NCBI GenBank assembly: GCA_018304165.1
Contig: JAGVWS010000034.1
Location: 1 to 56,801, forward strand
Direction of reading: 5' to 3'
Source: Candidatus Pacearchaeota archaeon
Lineage (GTDB): Archaea > Nanobdellota > Nanobdellia > Pacearchaeales > GW2011-AR1
DNA length: 56,801 nt
The position numbers were made by a program, and so were the translations under genes. Positions 39,343 through 48,604 of the stretch are shown here, one piece after another (positions within the stretch are counted from its first letter, which is position 1; each line of letters opens with the position of its first letter). Below the pieces are notes generated by a model, which was not told the DNA's origin, made no database searches, and was given only the letters and a program-made list of their open reading frames with translations.

Positions 39343-39408
39343 TAAATTTCAAGACCTTCAATTTTTACAAATATGAAAGTTTATAAGTTTTGTTATGCTG
39401 TGGATTGC

Positions 39409-40356
39409 ATGGAAATTATTGGAGGAGGTGTAAAAGAGGCTGGTGAATCTGCTAGAGATGCTGATAATATGAAGCCTGCTAAACTTGATATGATGGACCA
39501 CGAGCATGTTTATAATATCCTCATAGACAATGAGATAGGGTGGCAGGCAATACTTTATGAGCTGATTAATACAGAGCAGCTGGACCCCTGGAATCTGGAC
39601 CTTGCAGCCTTAGCTCAGAAATACCTTGAAAAAATAAGGGAGCTTGAGGAGGCAAATTTCTTCGTGTCCAGCAGCGTGATACTGGCAGCGTCACTTCTCT
39701 TGAGGATTAAATCAGAAATACTTCGGGAGAAGTATATAAGAAGCCTTGATGAGATTCTCTTTGGAAAGAAGGAAAAAGAGAAGGCAAGCATTGAAAGGCT
39801 TGAGATTGATGAAAGCGAGCTGCCTCTTATTTACCCGAGGAGTCCTCTGCCGAGGATGAAGAAAGTTACTTTGCAGGAATTAGTAAATGCTTTAAGCAAA
39901 GCAATAGGAACTGAAAACAGGAGGATAAAGAAAGAGATTGTGCTGAGAAGCGCCCGGAGAGAGGCAGAGATAGTCTTTCCGAGGTTCAGGATAAAGATAC
40001 AGGACAGGATAAGGCATATTTATGCTAAAATTATCTCTAAATTCAAGCAGAGAAAGGAGAGGATTCCTTACTCTGACATAGCTGTGAGCAAGGAGGAAAA
40101 GATTGCCGGATTTCTTCCAGTGCTTCACCTAGACAACCAGCAGAAGATATTTCTGGAGCAGGAGAGACACTTTGATGAGATTTATGTATGGCTCTATACG
40201 CACTATAGGAAGGAATTTCTTGAGAAGGAAAAGGAAGCGCTTAAAGAGCTGGTTGAAGAGGAAAAGAAAGAGCTGAAGGAGATGAATGATGCGGAAAAAA
40301 TCTCCAGGAAAACGGGATTTGACAATCCTTTGGCGGAATTGTTTGGGGAGATTTGA
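39409..40356 (+). CDS. scpA: Segregation/condensation protein A (kleisin)
   Basis: LDPWNLDL..LAQKYL, ILAASLLLRIKSE, RMKKVTLQELV, FLPVLHL...LEQERHFDEI; TATA at 39375-39387 favours ATG 39409. Confidence 0.92.
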   Translation: MEIIGGGVKEAGESARDADNMKPAKLDMMDHEHVYNILIDNEIGWQAILYELINTEQLDPWNLDLAALAQKYLEKIRELEEANFFVSSSVILAASLLLRIKSEILREKYIRSLDEILFGKKEKEKASIERLEIDESELPLIYPRSPLPRMKKVTLQELVNALSKAIGTENRRIKKEIVLRSARREAEIVFPRFRIKIQDRIRHIYAKIISKFKQRKERIPYSDIAVSKEEKIAGFLPVLHLDNQQKIFLEQERHFDEIYVWLYTHYRKEFLEKEKEALKELVEEEKKELKEMNDAEKISRKTGFDNPLAELFGEI

Positions 40357-40625
40357 TTGAAGATAGATTCTTCCAGCTCTGATGCATCGGTAAAAATAAA
40401 AATATAACAAACAACAATATTATTAATCATTAGATGAACATCAAATAAAATTAGATAGTCTGTCAATTAATAGTGCTATTATTCTTTGGCAATTATAGCA
40501 ATAACATACAAAATAATTTGTAAAAGTCAGCTTAAAAAATTGATAATGCTAAGTATTAATTTTACGCGTAGTCCTTAAACTATAGCATAAGACTTTAATA
40601 TTTCCCCATAATGTCTTATGATACA

Positions 40626-40679
40626 TCAAGGATGTTAATCCTTGAGTGCGTTCAAGATGCATCTCCAAGCATCTTGACA
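40626..40679 (-). repeat. REP-like twin-hairpin element
   Basis: Minus strand TGTCAAGATGC..GCATCTTGA-ACGCAC-TCAAGGAT..ATCCTTGA. Confidence 0.8.
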
Positions 40680-40849
40680 CATGGTGAAATATTTTGGTTT
40701 CTCGTTATAACTAATAACACTTAATAAATCAGCTTAAGATGCGTGCATTTGTCTAATAATAATTTATTTTAAATAAGCTATTTTATAATGTTTATATCAG
40801 ATGTTATTAATGCTCTGCTCAAGATTTAGCTAGGATTGACTCTAATCGT

Positions 40850-41749
40850 TTAACTTTTATAATTCTTCTCCTTTAGGCCACTTAACAAAAAGTTTTCAAA
40901 TGCAGTTCGATTGACTTTCTGAATAGGATATTCAACGGCTACCTTGCTTTCTGGATTTATTCTGCCTAACAACTCTTGCGCTCTTTTAATATATTCTTTT
41001 CCGGTTACTGTAAAAGTCTGGTATCCATTAAGTGCAGAAAGTACTGGAAAGAAACCCTCTTCCGGGATAAATCTTCCACTCCTGATAATCTCGTCGCCAG
41101 AAACGTTGCAGCAGGTTAGATCCCGGCCGAGAACAGTATCCTGGAAAGTATTGCATTTTGGGCAGATAGCTCTTGCTGGAACTTCTCCAAATCTTTCTAT
41201 TAAACTGTATGTGATGTCTGGTCTTTTTGAAAAGATATCCTCCAAAAGTATTGTCTTAACTGGCTTGAGAAAAAATATAGACAAAGAATTCATAAATTCT
41301 CTCAGGTTTCTGGAGGATCGCGCCATTTCTGGAATGGCTTGAGATAGTTCATCATATCTCCTTTCTAACTTGACTTTGTTTTTTAATCTCCATGCATATT
41401 CCCGTATTATTCTGCCTACAATTTTTGGTTTTGCCTCCAAGAAGCTAGATCTTATGCTGTCTGGGCTCGGGGCAGGCACAGCATCAGAACTTATGTCTGT
41501 GTTGCCGTTTGGAACATTAACAGAGAATTTTATCTGTTTAACTTTATAACTTTCTCCTAAAGGAAGAATTCTCTCAAGTCTTGCGAGATTAAACGGATCT
41601 AGGATAGCAACCATTTGATTATCAGAATAGCCTAAAGCGTAAGCTATCTCTTTTTTAGTCTTTCCCAATATATTTGACGGAGTACCGCCGATATCTAACA
41701 TCATTGTCCTGCTTTCTAGAATGTCTTGCATTATTATAGCTGAGGACAC
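40850..41749 (-). CDS. Hypothetical protein with CxxC...CC motif
   Basis: 299-aa ORF; ICPKC...TCC. Confidence 0.75.
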   Translation of the reverse strand: MSSAIIMQDILESRTMMLDIGGTPSNILGKTKKEIAYALGYSDNQMVAILDPFNLARLERILPLGESYKVKQIKFSVNVPNGNTDISSDAVPAPSPDSIRSSFLEAKPKIVGRIIREYAWRLKNKVKLERRYDELSQAIPEMARSSRNLREFMNSLSIFFLKPVKTILLEDIFSKRPDITYSLIERFGEVPARAICPKCNTFQDTVLGRDLTCCNVSGDEIIRSGRFIPEEGFFPVLSALNGYQTFTVTGKEYIKRAQELLGRINPESKVAVEYPIQKVNRTAFENFLLSGLKEKNYKS

Positions 41750-41862
41750 AAATAATCATCCGCGTTGTCCTCTGCTATTTAGGAAAAGATTAATGTTTTT
41801 TACTATAGATAAACATTAACTCCAATTGCTTAGTTCAGTAGCTTGCTACATCAACTATCAAC

Positions 41863-43032
41863 TTATTTAATAATCCTTTCAAGCAGTTCTCTCTCGCTCA
41901 GCATCTCTTCTTTTCCAGTCTTCATATCTCTTAGCTTTAATTTTCGCTTCTTTACTTCTTCAGCTCCTATGAAGATGACTTTTGAGATGTTATAAGAGTT
42001 TGCATATTCCAGAGCTCTGCTTATCCCTTTGTCTGTCCATAAAGAAACTATGACTTTGTTCTTTCTTAGCTTCTCGGCGAGCTTAATTGATTTTTCGTCC
42101 TGCCCTATGTTTATTATCAGGACTTTTTTTTCGCTGACGCTGACTTTAGCAAGTTGCGTTAGTCTTTCTAAACCTGTACTATACCCAAATGATTGCATGC
42201 CATTAACGGAAAAACTTCCTCCTCCCGCTATGGTTTCTTTCATCCCCCTTCCCTTAACCTCAAAAATATTTCCGTTGTAGTATGAAAGTCCGCGGGCGAG
42301 GGTTGGCTTGAAGACCGGCTTGATGCCGTATAGAGCAGAAGTTTCAATAAGTTCTTTTATTTCAGAGTATCCTGAATACTTCTTAAAGAAACTTAAGGGC
42401 TTTTGGAGAATCCTGAAGAGTTTTATAATCTTATCCTTGTCTATGAATTTGGTCATTTCCAGCTTGACAGCGTCCTCGCCCTGCCTGTCTATTTTATCTA
42501 TCTGCCTTAAGACATATTCAGCGTTTTCTATTCCTGCAGATTTTATAACTGAATTCATCAATTTTCTTGAATTGACCTGTATTTCTGCTTCTATTTTGAA
42601 TTCCTGGCAGATTTTATTTATTGTGGCAAGGACTTCTGCTTCATCCTTAATGGTAGAGCCTATGATATCAACATCACATTGAGTTATCTGGCGGAACCTG
42701 TTTGAAGCAACAGGCTCATCACGAAAAACAGGGCCGATCTGGTACCTTTTGTACGGGAGTTTTTTGTTTTTGGCTATCCTCTTTAGCTGAAATGTAAATT
42801 CATATCTTAGAGCAAGGCTTCTTTCGCCCTTGTCTCTAAGCTTAAAAATGTTTGACACTGCTTCATCGTATTCGTTGTCTCCCTTTACGAATTCTTCAAA
42901 TTCTATTATTGGAGTTTCAGCCGGCTCAAAGCCGTAGAGCTTGAAAATGTCCTCAATTTTTCTTCTTACTATCTCGCGCTTTTCGGCTTCCTCTCCGATG
43001 TAATCCACGAATCCCCTGACTGTTTCTGTCAT
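41863..43032 (-). CDS. hisS: Histidine--tRNA ligase
   Basis: VRGFVD, LALRYEFT, GPVFRDE..RFRQ, LARGLSYYNG, GGG, GLERL, anticodon-binding domain. Confidence 0.95.
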   Translation of the reverse strand: MTETVRGFVDYIGEEAEKREIVRRKIEDIFKLYGFEPAETPIIEFEEFVKGDNEYDEAVSNIFKLRDKGERSLALRYEFTFQLKRIAKNKKLPYKRYQIGPVFRDEPVASNRFRQITQCDVDIIGSTIKDEAEVLATINKICQEFKIEAEIQVNSRKLMNSVIKSAGIENAEYVLRQIDKIDRQGEDAVKLEMTKFIDKDKIIKLFRILQKPLSFFKKYSGYSEIKELIETSALYGIKPVFKPTLARGLSYYNGNIFEVKGRGMKETIAGGGSFSVNGMQSFGYSTGLERLTQLAKVSVSEKKVLIINIGQDEKSIKLAEKLRKNKVIVSLWTDKGISRALEYANSYNISKVIFIGAEEVKKRKLKLRDMKTGKEEMLSERELLERIIK

Positions 43033-43487
43033 TTTAATACCCTGTTTTTCTGATTTAATTCTTTGCTGAACACTTCAACTTCATCACTCTTGGAAAAACC
43101 CAATTTATTATACAATTTATAAGCACCGGATTTATTATTAGAAAAGAACATTACCCTCTTAAAACCTCTGCTTTTAGCATAATCAACCATCCAATTCATC
43201 ATGAAAGTGCCAATGCCCCTGCCCCTGAAATTTTTATCAACAGCCATCTCCTCACCAAACATGACCTCTCCGGGCTTCCAAAGATTAGGATTGAGAACTA
43301 GGAAGCCAGCAAGCTCTTTATCATAGAGTATTGAAAAAACTTCACAATACTTGGAAAAAAGCTTCAGCTTATCAAGAGTCTGCCCGGAAGTCCAGCCCTC
43401 ATTATAGGGAGGCTCATTAAATCCATCGCGATAGATGATTGCAAGCCTGGGAAAATCTGAAGCAGCAGTCTTTTTAACAGTTATCAT
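43029..43487 (-). CDS. GNAT N-acetyltransferase
   Basis: AVDKNFRGRGIG acetyl-CoA motif; AYKLYNKLGF. Confidence 0.92.
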   Translation of the reverse strand: MITVKKTAASDFPRLAIIYRDGFNEPPYNEGWTSGQTLDKLKLFSKYCEVFSILYDKELAGFLVLNPNLWKPGEVMFGEEMAVDKNFRGRGIGTFMMNWMVDYAKSRGFKRVMFFSNNKSGAYKLYNKLGFSKSDEVEVFSKELNQKNRVLK

Positions 43488-43534
43488 TTTCTCACCTCTT
43501 CAGTAAATGTCCGACTCCCGGCTAAAGTATTAAG

Positions 43535-43606
43535 GGCGGTAGGAGGGAATCGAACCCTCGTCTCGCGAGCCACAGTCGCACGCACTACCATTGTGCTACA
43601 ACCGCC
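43535..43606 (-). tRNA. tRNA-His(GTG) with encoded G-1
   Basis: G-GCGGTTG...CTACCGC-C; TGCGA-CTGTGGC-TCGCG anticodon arm. Confidence 0.93.
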
Positions 43607-43787
43607 ATACATCAAGATTGATAAATCTTGAGGCCTAAAAATTTTACAATTTTTAAGTTTATTATACTTACGAATAGAGGATAGTTGTTTAAAAGTTTTA
43701 TTAATCAATCTCGGAGAGCTGCAACTAGAGAAATTATTACTTCGGACAATGAACACAGTTCCAAGTTTTAGTATTCATACTACCTGT

Positions 43788-44402
43788 TTAACTATTATCC
43801 TTTATAAGCTTTTCCAGGAGCTTGTTAACAACTGCTCTTGTCATGAAGACCATTATAAGAGCGGCAGAATACCATATTAACGGATAGAAGGGATTTGTCC
43901 ATGGAGATTCACTGCAGAATCTGTAAACACAGTTGACATTGCTGGACGGAGAAGTGAAAATTAGAGTAGTCAGGTAGATAAAAGTTATCTCGATAACGCT
44001 TATGAGAACGCCCTTGTTGTTAGTCCTGATTGGTTTGCCAATAAGGAATACCGCGGCAATAACGAGGGGCAGGAGATAGACATGCTGGAGGCTGACAATT
44101 TTAACAAGGACATTGGTTTCCCTAAAAAAGTAATCAACTATTCCTAAGAATGATCTGCCTGACAATAACCTTACAAGAAAATCAATAACCCATATTACAT
44201 CAGGAATCAGGAGAATATACATCTGGCTTTTAATTAAGGGTATATTTCTGATGATTATTCCCAATCCAAGAAGAATCATGCCAATATAGCAAAACCAAAA
44301 AATATCATAAATCCTGTTGAAATAAAAAGCATTGAATATTCCGATAACTCCTACTAATAAGATAATGACTCCTGTAATATTCAGGATAATATTCTTTGAC
44401 AT
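43788..44402 (-). CDS. Multi-pass membrane protein
   Basis: About six TM segments; ATG 44402 preferred because the longer start lies inside a MITE. Confidence 0.85.
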   Translation of the reverse strand: MSKNIILNITGVIILLVGVIGIFNAFYFNRIYDIFWFCYIGMILLGLGIIIRNIPLIKSQMYILLIPDVIWVIDFLVRLLSGRSFLGIVDYFFRETNVLVKIVSLQHVYLLPLVIAAVFLIGKPIRTNNKGVLISVIEITFIYLTTLIFTSPSSNVNCVYRFCSESPWTNPFYPLIWYSAALIMVFMTRAVVNKLLEKLIKDNS

Positions 44403-44430
44403 TACTTTTATTTCTGCATTCTTTTTATTA

Positions 44431-44519
44431 TAGTCAAAGACTTCAGTAGTTGAACAGTCAGTCATTGACTATCAGGGGAAAGACATGTAATTTTGAGGAA
44501 TTATTTACATCTTTCACTA
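44431..44519. mobile_element. 89-bp double-hairpin MITE, lineage 2
   Basis: TA|TAGTCAAAGA...TCTTTCACTA|TA (9/10 terminal inverted repeat); right 18 bp tandemly duplicated. Confidence 0.78.
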
Positions 44520-44752
44520 TAATTACATCTTTCACTATAATTATTAATATCCTGTGCCTGCTATAACTTAAGTTTATCTGTTAATTCCTGCCAATTGCTA
44601 TTCTGCCTATTAGTTTTATGCTCTTGGTTTTATTAATTGTTAATTTATAGCAGATGACTTAATAAATTGAGCATTTTTGTCATTTGCTATATTCGGAAAA
44701 CATAAATGAGAGTGCTCAATTATTTATGTTTTATGTTATATAGCTTGGTTTA

Positions 44753-45595
44753 TCAAGCAAATGAAACTAATGTAAAATTAGCTATCCTGTTAATAGCAGG
44801 AATGGCATAGCCTGAGGGAAGGGCGAAGCCGATGTTTTCCGCCCCGCTTATCTTGAAGTTGTTGATGCCGATGACTTTTCCATCGGTGTTGATTAAAGGC
44901 CCGCCGGAGTTGCCTGGATTGAGAGCAACGTCTGTCTGGATGTAGCGGGCATTGGAGAAACCTTCAACTTCCCTGTTTTCGGAGCTTATTATTCCTTCTG
45001 TGACTGAAAAGGAAAGCCCGAGAGGGTTACCGATGGCTATAACTTTCTCTCCGACGCTGACATCTTCAGAAAATTCCAGTGGCTCAAAGGAGCCGTCTAT
45101 TTTGAGGAGGGCTATATCTAAATCAACATCATAATCAACAAGTTCTGCATACTGCGCTTTCTTGCTATAATCTATTACCTGTGCATAGCGGGCATATTCA
45201 AGGACATGCGCATTTGTAACAACGTAACCATCACTGCTGATAATGAAGCCCGTTCCCTGAGCGGCATTAGTCCTTATGCTGACAACACTCCGGACAGCGT
45301 CTTCAATAATGCCTGAAAAATCAGCGCTGGTGCGTGCCTTTAAGGAGCTAATCTCAGATTTAAGATTAGTGATGTTTGATGTGGTTTCAAGAAGGGAATC
45401 TGACAGCTCATTAATTTTTGAGCTGGTGTCAATGTTGTACTTGTCAATTTTGTCGTCTATCAGGGAAAGATTGCTGCTGAAGCCTGCACTTAGAGAGCTA
45501 ATACTTGAACTGAAGTAAAAAATCGTGAAGATTTGGGAGGCAATTAGAATAATTATTATGGAATAAAATATATAATATTCTTTTTTAGCAATCAT
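44753..45595 (-). CDS. Membrane-anchored trypsin-like (HtrA-type) serine protease without PDZ
   Basis: GTGF, TNAHV, DIALL, GNSGGPL; N-terminal TM and coiled coil. Confidence 0.93.
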   Translation of the reverse strand: MIAKKEYYIFYSIIIILIASQIFTIFYFSSSISSLSAGFSSNLSLIDDKIDKYNIDTSSKINELSDSLLETTSNITNLKSEISSLKARTSADFSGIIEDAVRSVVSIRTNAAQGTGFIISSDGYVVTNAHVLEYARYAQVIDYSKKAQYAELVDYDVDLDIALLKIDGSFEPLEFSEDVSVGEKVIAIGNPLGLSFSVTEGIISSENREVEGFSNARYIQTDVALNPGNSGGPLINTDGKVIGINNFKISGAENIGFALPSGYAIPAINRIANFTLVSFA

Positions 45596-45736
45596 GATTC
45601 ATGAAACGAAAATTTGTTTAAATATGTTATGAAAGAGGAATCAGGAAAACTGGCAAAATGGTAAGACGCCACAACCATCATCGAGACCTTTTTGGCATAA
45701 TTAAGGGGCATGGCAAATTAAAGTTAAGGAATCCTA

Positions 45737-47200
45737 TTAAACAAAAGAGAATGTAGTTATAGGGATGTAGATAATATTGTCTTCTTTTTTTATTGTCTGG
45801 CATTTGCATATCACAATACCATATTTTGAGTTGAACTTTTTAATAGCCTTTTTAACCTGACTTCCATCCTTTGAGCCATAACCAACTTCAACAGGAATAA
45901 TATTTTCTTTTGAATCCTGAATTAGAAAATCAACTCCCCCATCATCTGAGTCATAAAAGATTCCTGTTGGTTTATTAAAAGTTTCCTTCATTCTAATAAA
46001 GTAGGAAGCAACTAAGTTTTCTACAAGAACACCAAACATTTCATGATTATTCCTATCAAAGGACCCAAGTTTAAACCTTATAGCAGAGTTTATAGAAGGT
46101 GATAAGAAATAATATTTCCATGGTTTTCTAACTAATTTTCCGGCACCTGCATAGGGTTTTATGCTGAATATTAGCTGGGTTTTTTCCAGAATGTTTAAAA
46201 TGCCTCTAATCTGCTTGGAAGATGTTTCTAAATGCTTCGCTAACTTTGCATCTGATGTGCCTCCGGGACTTTGCGAGGCTAGAAAGTAGATTATTCTCTT
46301 TATCACCTCCTGGGATTCTGACTTAAATGAATATACAGAAAATATATCTTTTTCTATTACCCTGTCAATCATACTTATTATTCTTTCATAAACTTCTTTT
46401 TCTTCAAAATCCAGACTAAAGGGCATGTCATTAAAAGAGATGAACGATAAAAATTCGTGATGGATGTCTTTTTTTATTTTTGATGATAGTTTTATTATTT
46501 CCATCTCTTTTCTGGAAATTTCTTTAATAATGGCATCGCTTGGACTGAATATTAAAGATTTAATTAATTCGCTTATTTCACTAATTTCAAGCCCGTATTT
46601 TAACAATAAATATTCTGGGAAGTTAAGTGGAAACACTTTTTCTTTCAAAGACCTTCTTGCAAGATCTGGGCTTATTTCCATACTTAAGGCTGATGAGCCT
46701 GTAATAGCCAGGAATATGTTTTTTGACTGGTCAGATATTACTTTTGCCGTTCTATCCCAGTTTTCATCAAAATGAGCTTCATCTATTAATATGAATAATT
46801 TCTCTTTAAGAAAAACCGGGGAAGTTTTTATCACTTCGTCAAAAAATACATTAAGCATTTCAGATATGGATGAGCCCATAAAGTCTTTTAGTTCATCTGT
46901 TGAGAAATATATAACTTTTTCTTCTTTCAAGCCTTTATTTTTTGTCAGAAAGTTATAAAGCTGAAGCAAAATAGTAGTTTTTCCAACCCCTCGCAATCCC
47001 GGCAGGATAATAATTCTCCTTTCAGCAGAGCCTTTCTCTTCATTAATAAAAGATTCTGCATATTTCTGAAGTTTAAAAAAAGCATTTCTATGAGGCAATT
47101 GCTTATTGTTGGCATAAATCCTGCTTTCTGAAAAGGCCGGAGCCTGAGCTATCTTTGCATTTATATATCTCACCAGTTCACGTTTTTTATCTTCATCCAT
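45737..47200 (-). CDS. AAA+ ATPase (AAA_14 + DUF4143 type)
   Basis: GLRGVGKTT, LIDEAH, TGSS, KYYF, ENLV, VDF...IPVEV. Confidence 0.9.
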   Translation of the reverse strand: MDEDKKRELVRYINAKIAQAPAFSESRIYANNKQLPHRNAFFKLQKYAESFINEEKGSAERRIIILPGLRGVGKTTILLQLYNFLTKNKGLKEEKVIYFSTDELKDFMGSSISEMLNVFFDEVIKTSPVFLKEKLFILIDEAHFDENWDRTAKVISDQSKNIFLAITGSSALSMEISPDLARRSLKEKVFPLNFPEYLLLKYGLEISEISELIKSLIFSPSDAIIKEISRKEMEIIKLSSKIKKDIHHEFLSFISFNDMPFSLDFEEKEVYERIISMIDRVIEKDIFSVYSFKSESQEVIKRIIYFLASQSPGGTSDAKLAKHLETSSKQIRGILNILEKTQLIFSIKPYAGAGKLVRKPWKYYFLSPSINSAIRFKLGSFDRNNHEMFGVLVENLVASYFIRMKETFNKPTGIFYDSDDGGVDFLIQDSKENIIPVEVGYGSKDGSQVKKAIKKFNSKYGIVICKCQTIKKEDNIIYIPITTFSFV

Positions 47201-47470
47201 TGTTTCTTATAGGAAACATATCTTTATAAACATATGCTTCTTCAAAGAAATAAGACTATTTAAGCCTTTCTGTTAAAGAATGGAGAGGATACTAATGATG
47301 TTGGTGTTGTATAAAAAATAATTAATGTTTTGATAACTTCCAGGTTAAATCAAAAATATTCCTTTGAAATCTTGCGTTTTTCCTCTTTAATATAAAAAAT
47401 CCCTGCGAAATCACAAAATAATATTACGCCCCCACCGCCGAAGGAGTCATCAGTGCATCTGGCAGTGATA

Positions 47471-48373
47471 TCAAAATCTTATATCTGCTACTTGCATTAT
47501 CCTTATTAGGAATTCTATGAATAGTCTTAGGTTTCCCTTTATTTGTGCTTCTTCAAGTGCTTTGAAGTAGTTATCTCTTTCTTTGTTTGGTATGTTAATC
47601 ATTGGATAATTGTTTTTTCTTAGTATTAGGTTCATTAGCATTCTTCCTGTTCTTCCGTTTCCATCAACAAAAGGGTGCACTGTCTCAAAGGCTGTGTGAA
47701 AATATGCGGCTAGTATTAAAGGATGTAGCTTCTTCTTGTTTTTTGAGTACCATGATAGTAAAGAACCTATCTCTTTAGCTACTTCTTCTGGTTTTGGTGG
47801 TAACCACTCTGTCCCTCTAATGTATACTTGAACTTCCCTAAACTTTCCTAGTTGAGACTTAACATCTTCTCTTAGGGTGTTCTTAGCTATCAACTTATGA
47901 ATTCCCAACATTAACTGCTTGTTTATATCTCCTTTATATTTTAGTATATAATCAAAGGCTTCTCTATGATTCAAAACTTCATTTATCTCCCTAACTGACT
48001 TGCCTTGAGGTGCCCTACCTTCAAATAATAAACTTGCAGTCTCTTGAAGAGTTAAAGTATTCCCCTCTATTGCAGTAGAGTTATGAGTAAATAATGAACA
48101 AAAAGCTTCATATCTATTATGAGAAGTTTCCTTAGGCTCTTTTAAATAATCAACTTTTATTTTTTCTAATAATTCTATCTCTTTTTTTGATAAAAGGTTC
48201 TCTAAAAGCATTAATTCCTTATCAGCTTCCTTCTCGGCTTCACCCAACTTTTTCTTTTGTAAATCAACCCCCAAATACTTTCTCTCTTTTGCAACCTTTC
48301 CATCCTTTCTCACAGACTTAACTCGATAATAATACTTTTTTCCACCAACTTCTTTAATTTCTGTATATACCAT
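47471..48373 (-). CDS. Fic-domain protein with N-terminal domain shared with the MNT at 5112
   Basis: HPFVDGNGRTGR; inhibitory STAIEGN; N-terminal MVYTEIKEVGGKKYYYRVKSVRK...RKYLG. Confidence 0.95.
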   Translation of the reverse strand: MVYTEIKEVGGKKYYYRVKSVRKDGKVAKERKYLGVDLQKKKLGEAEKEADKELMLLENLLSKKEIELLEKIKVDYLKEPKETSHNRYEAFCSLFTHNSTAIEGNTLTLQETASLLFEGRAPQGKSVREINEVLNHREAFDYILKYKGDINKQLMLGIHKLIAKNTLREDVKSQLGKFREVQVYIRGTEWLPPKPEEVAKEIGSLLSWYSKNKKKLHPLILAAYFHTAFETVHPFVDGNGRTGRMLMNLILRKNNYPMINIPNKERDNYFKALEEAQIKGNLRLFIEFLIRIMQVADIRF

Positions 48374-48386
48374 AATAACCTTATGT

Positions 48387-48425
48387 GTCTACAAGTATTT
48401 AAATATTACTATAGTAGTAGACGTA
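48387..48425 (-). promoter_or_regulatory. TATA box flanked by a GTCTAC/GTAGAC operator
   Basis: GTCTAC 48387-48392 and GTAGACGTA 48417-48425 around TTTAAATA. Confidence 0.7.
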
Positions 48426-48473
48426 ATGAAATACTCTTTAGTGCAGATTAAAGGGGTAACAAATTGATTGTTG

Positions 48474-48575
48474 TTATTTTTTTGCTAGTTTCCATAAAAG
48501 TTCAAATTGTTGTATGAATGAGCTAGCAACTTCTTTTGACTCAATCGTTATCGTGATTAATAGCTCTTTAGCTTT
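48474..48575 (-). pseudogene. Orphan C-terminal fragment of a TrmB-like regulator
   Basis: ELLITITIESKEVASSFIQQFELLWKLAKK* with no start codon. Confidence 0.5.
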
Positions 48576-48604
48576 ATAAAGACCTCTATAAATGAGAATA
48601 GAGA

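Noticed and set aside
43484..43756. Track ORF of 90 aa
   Set aside because: Runs through tRNA-His with no protein-like features
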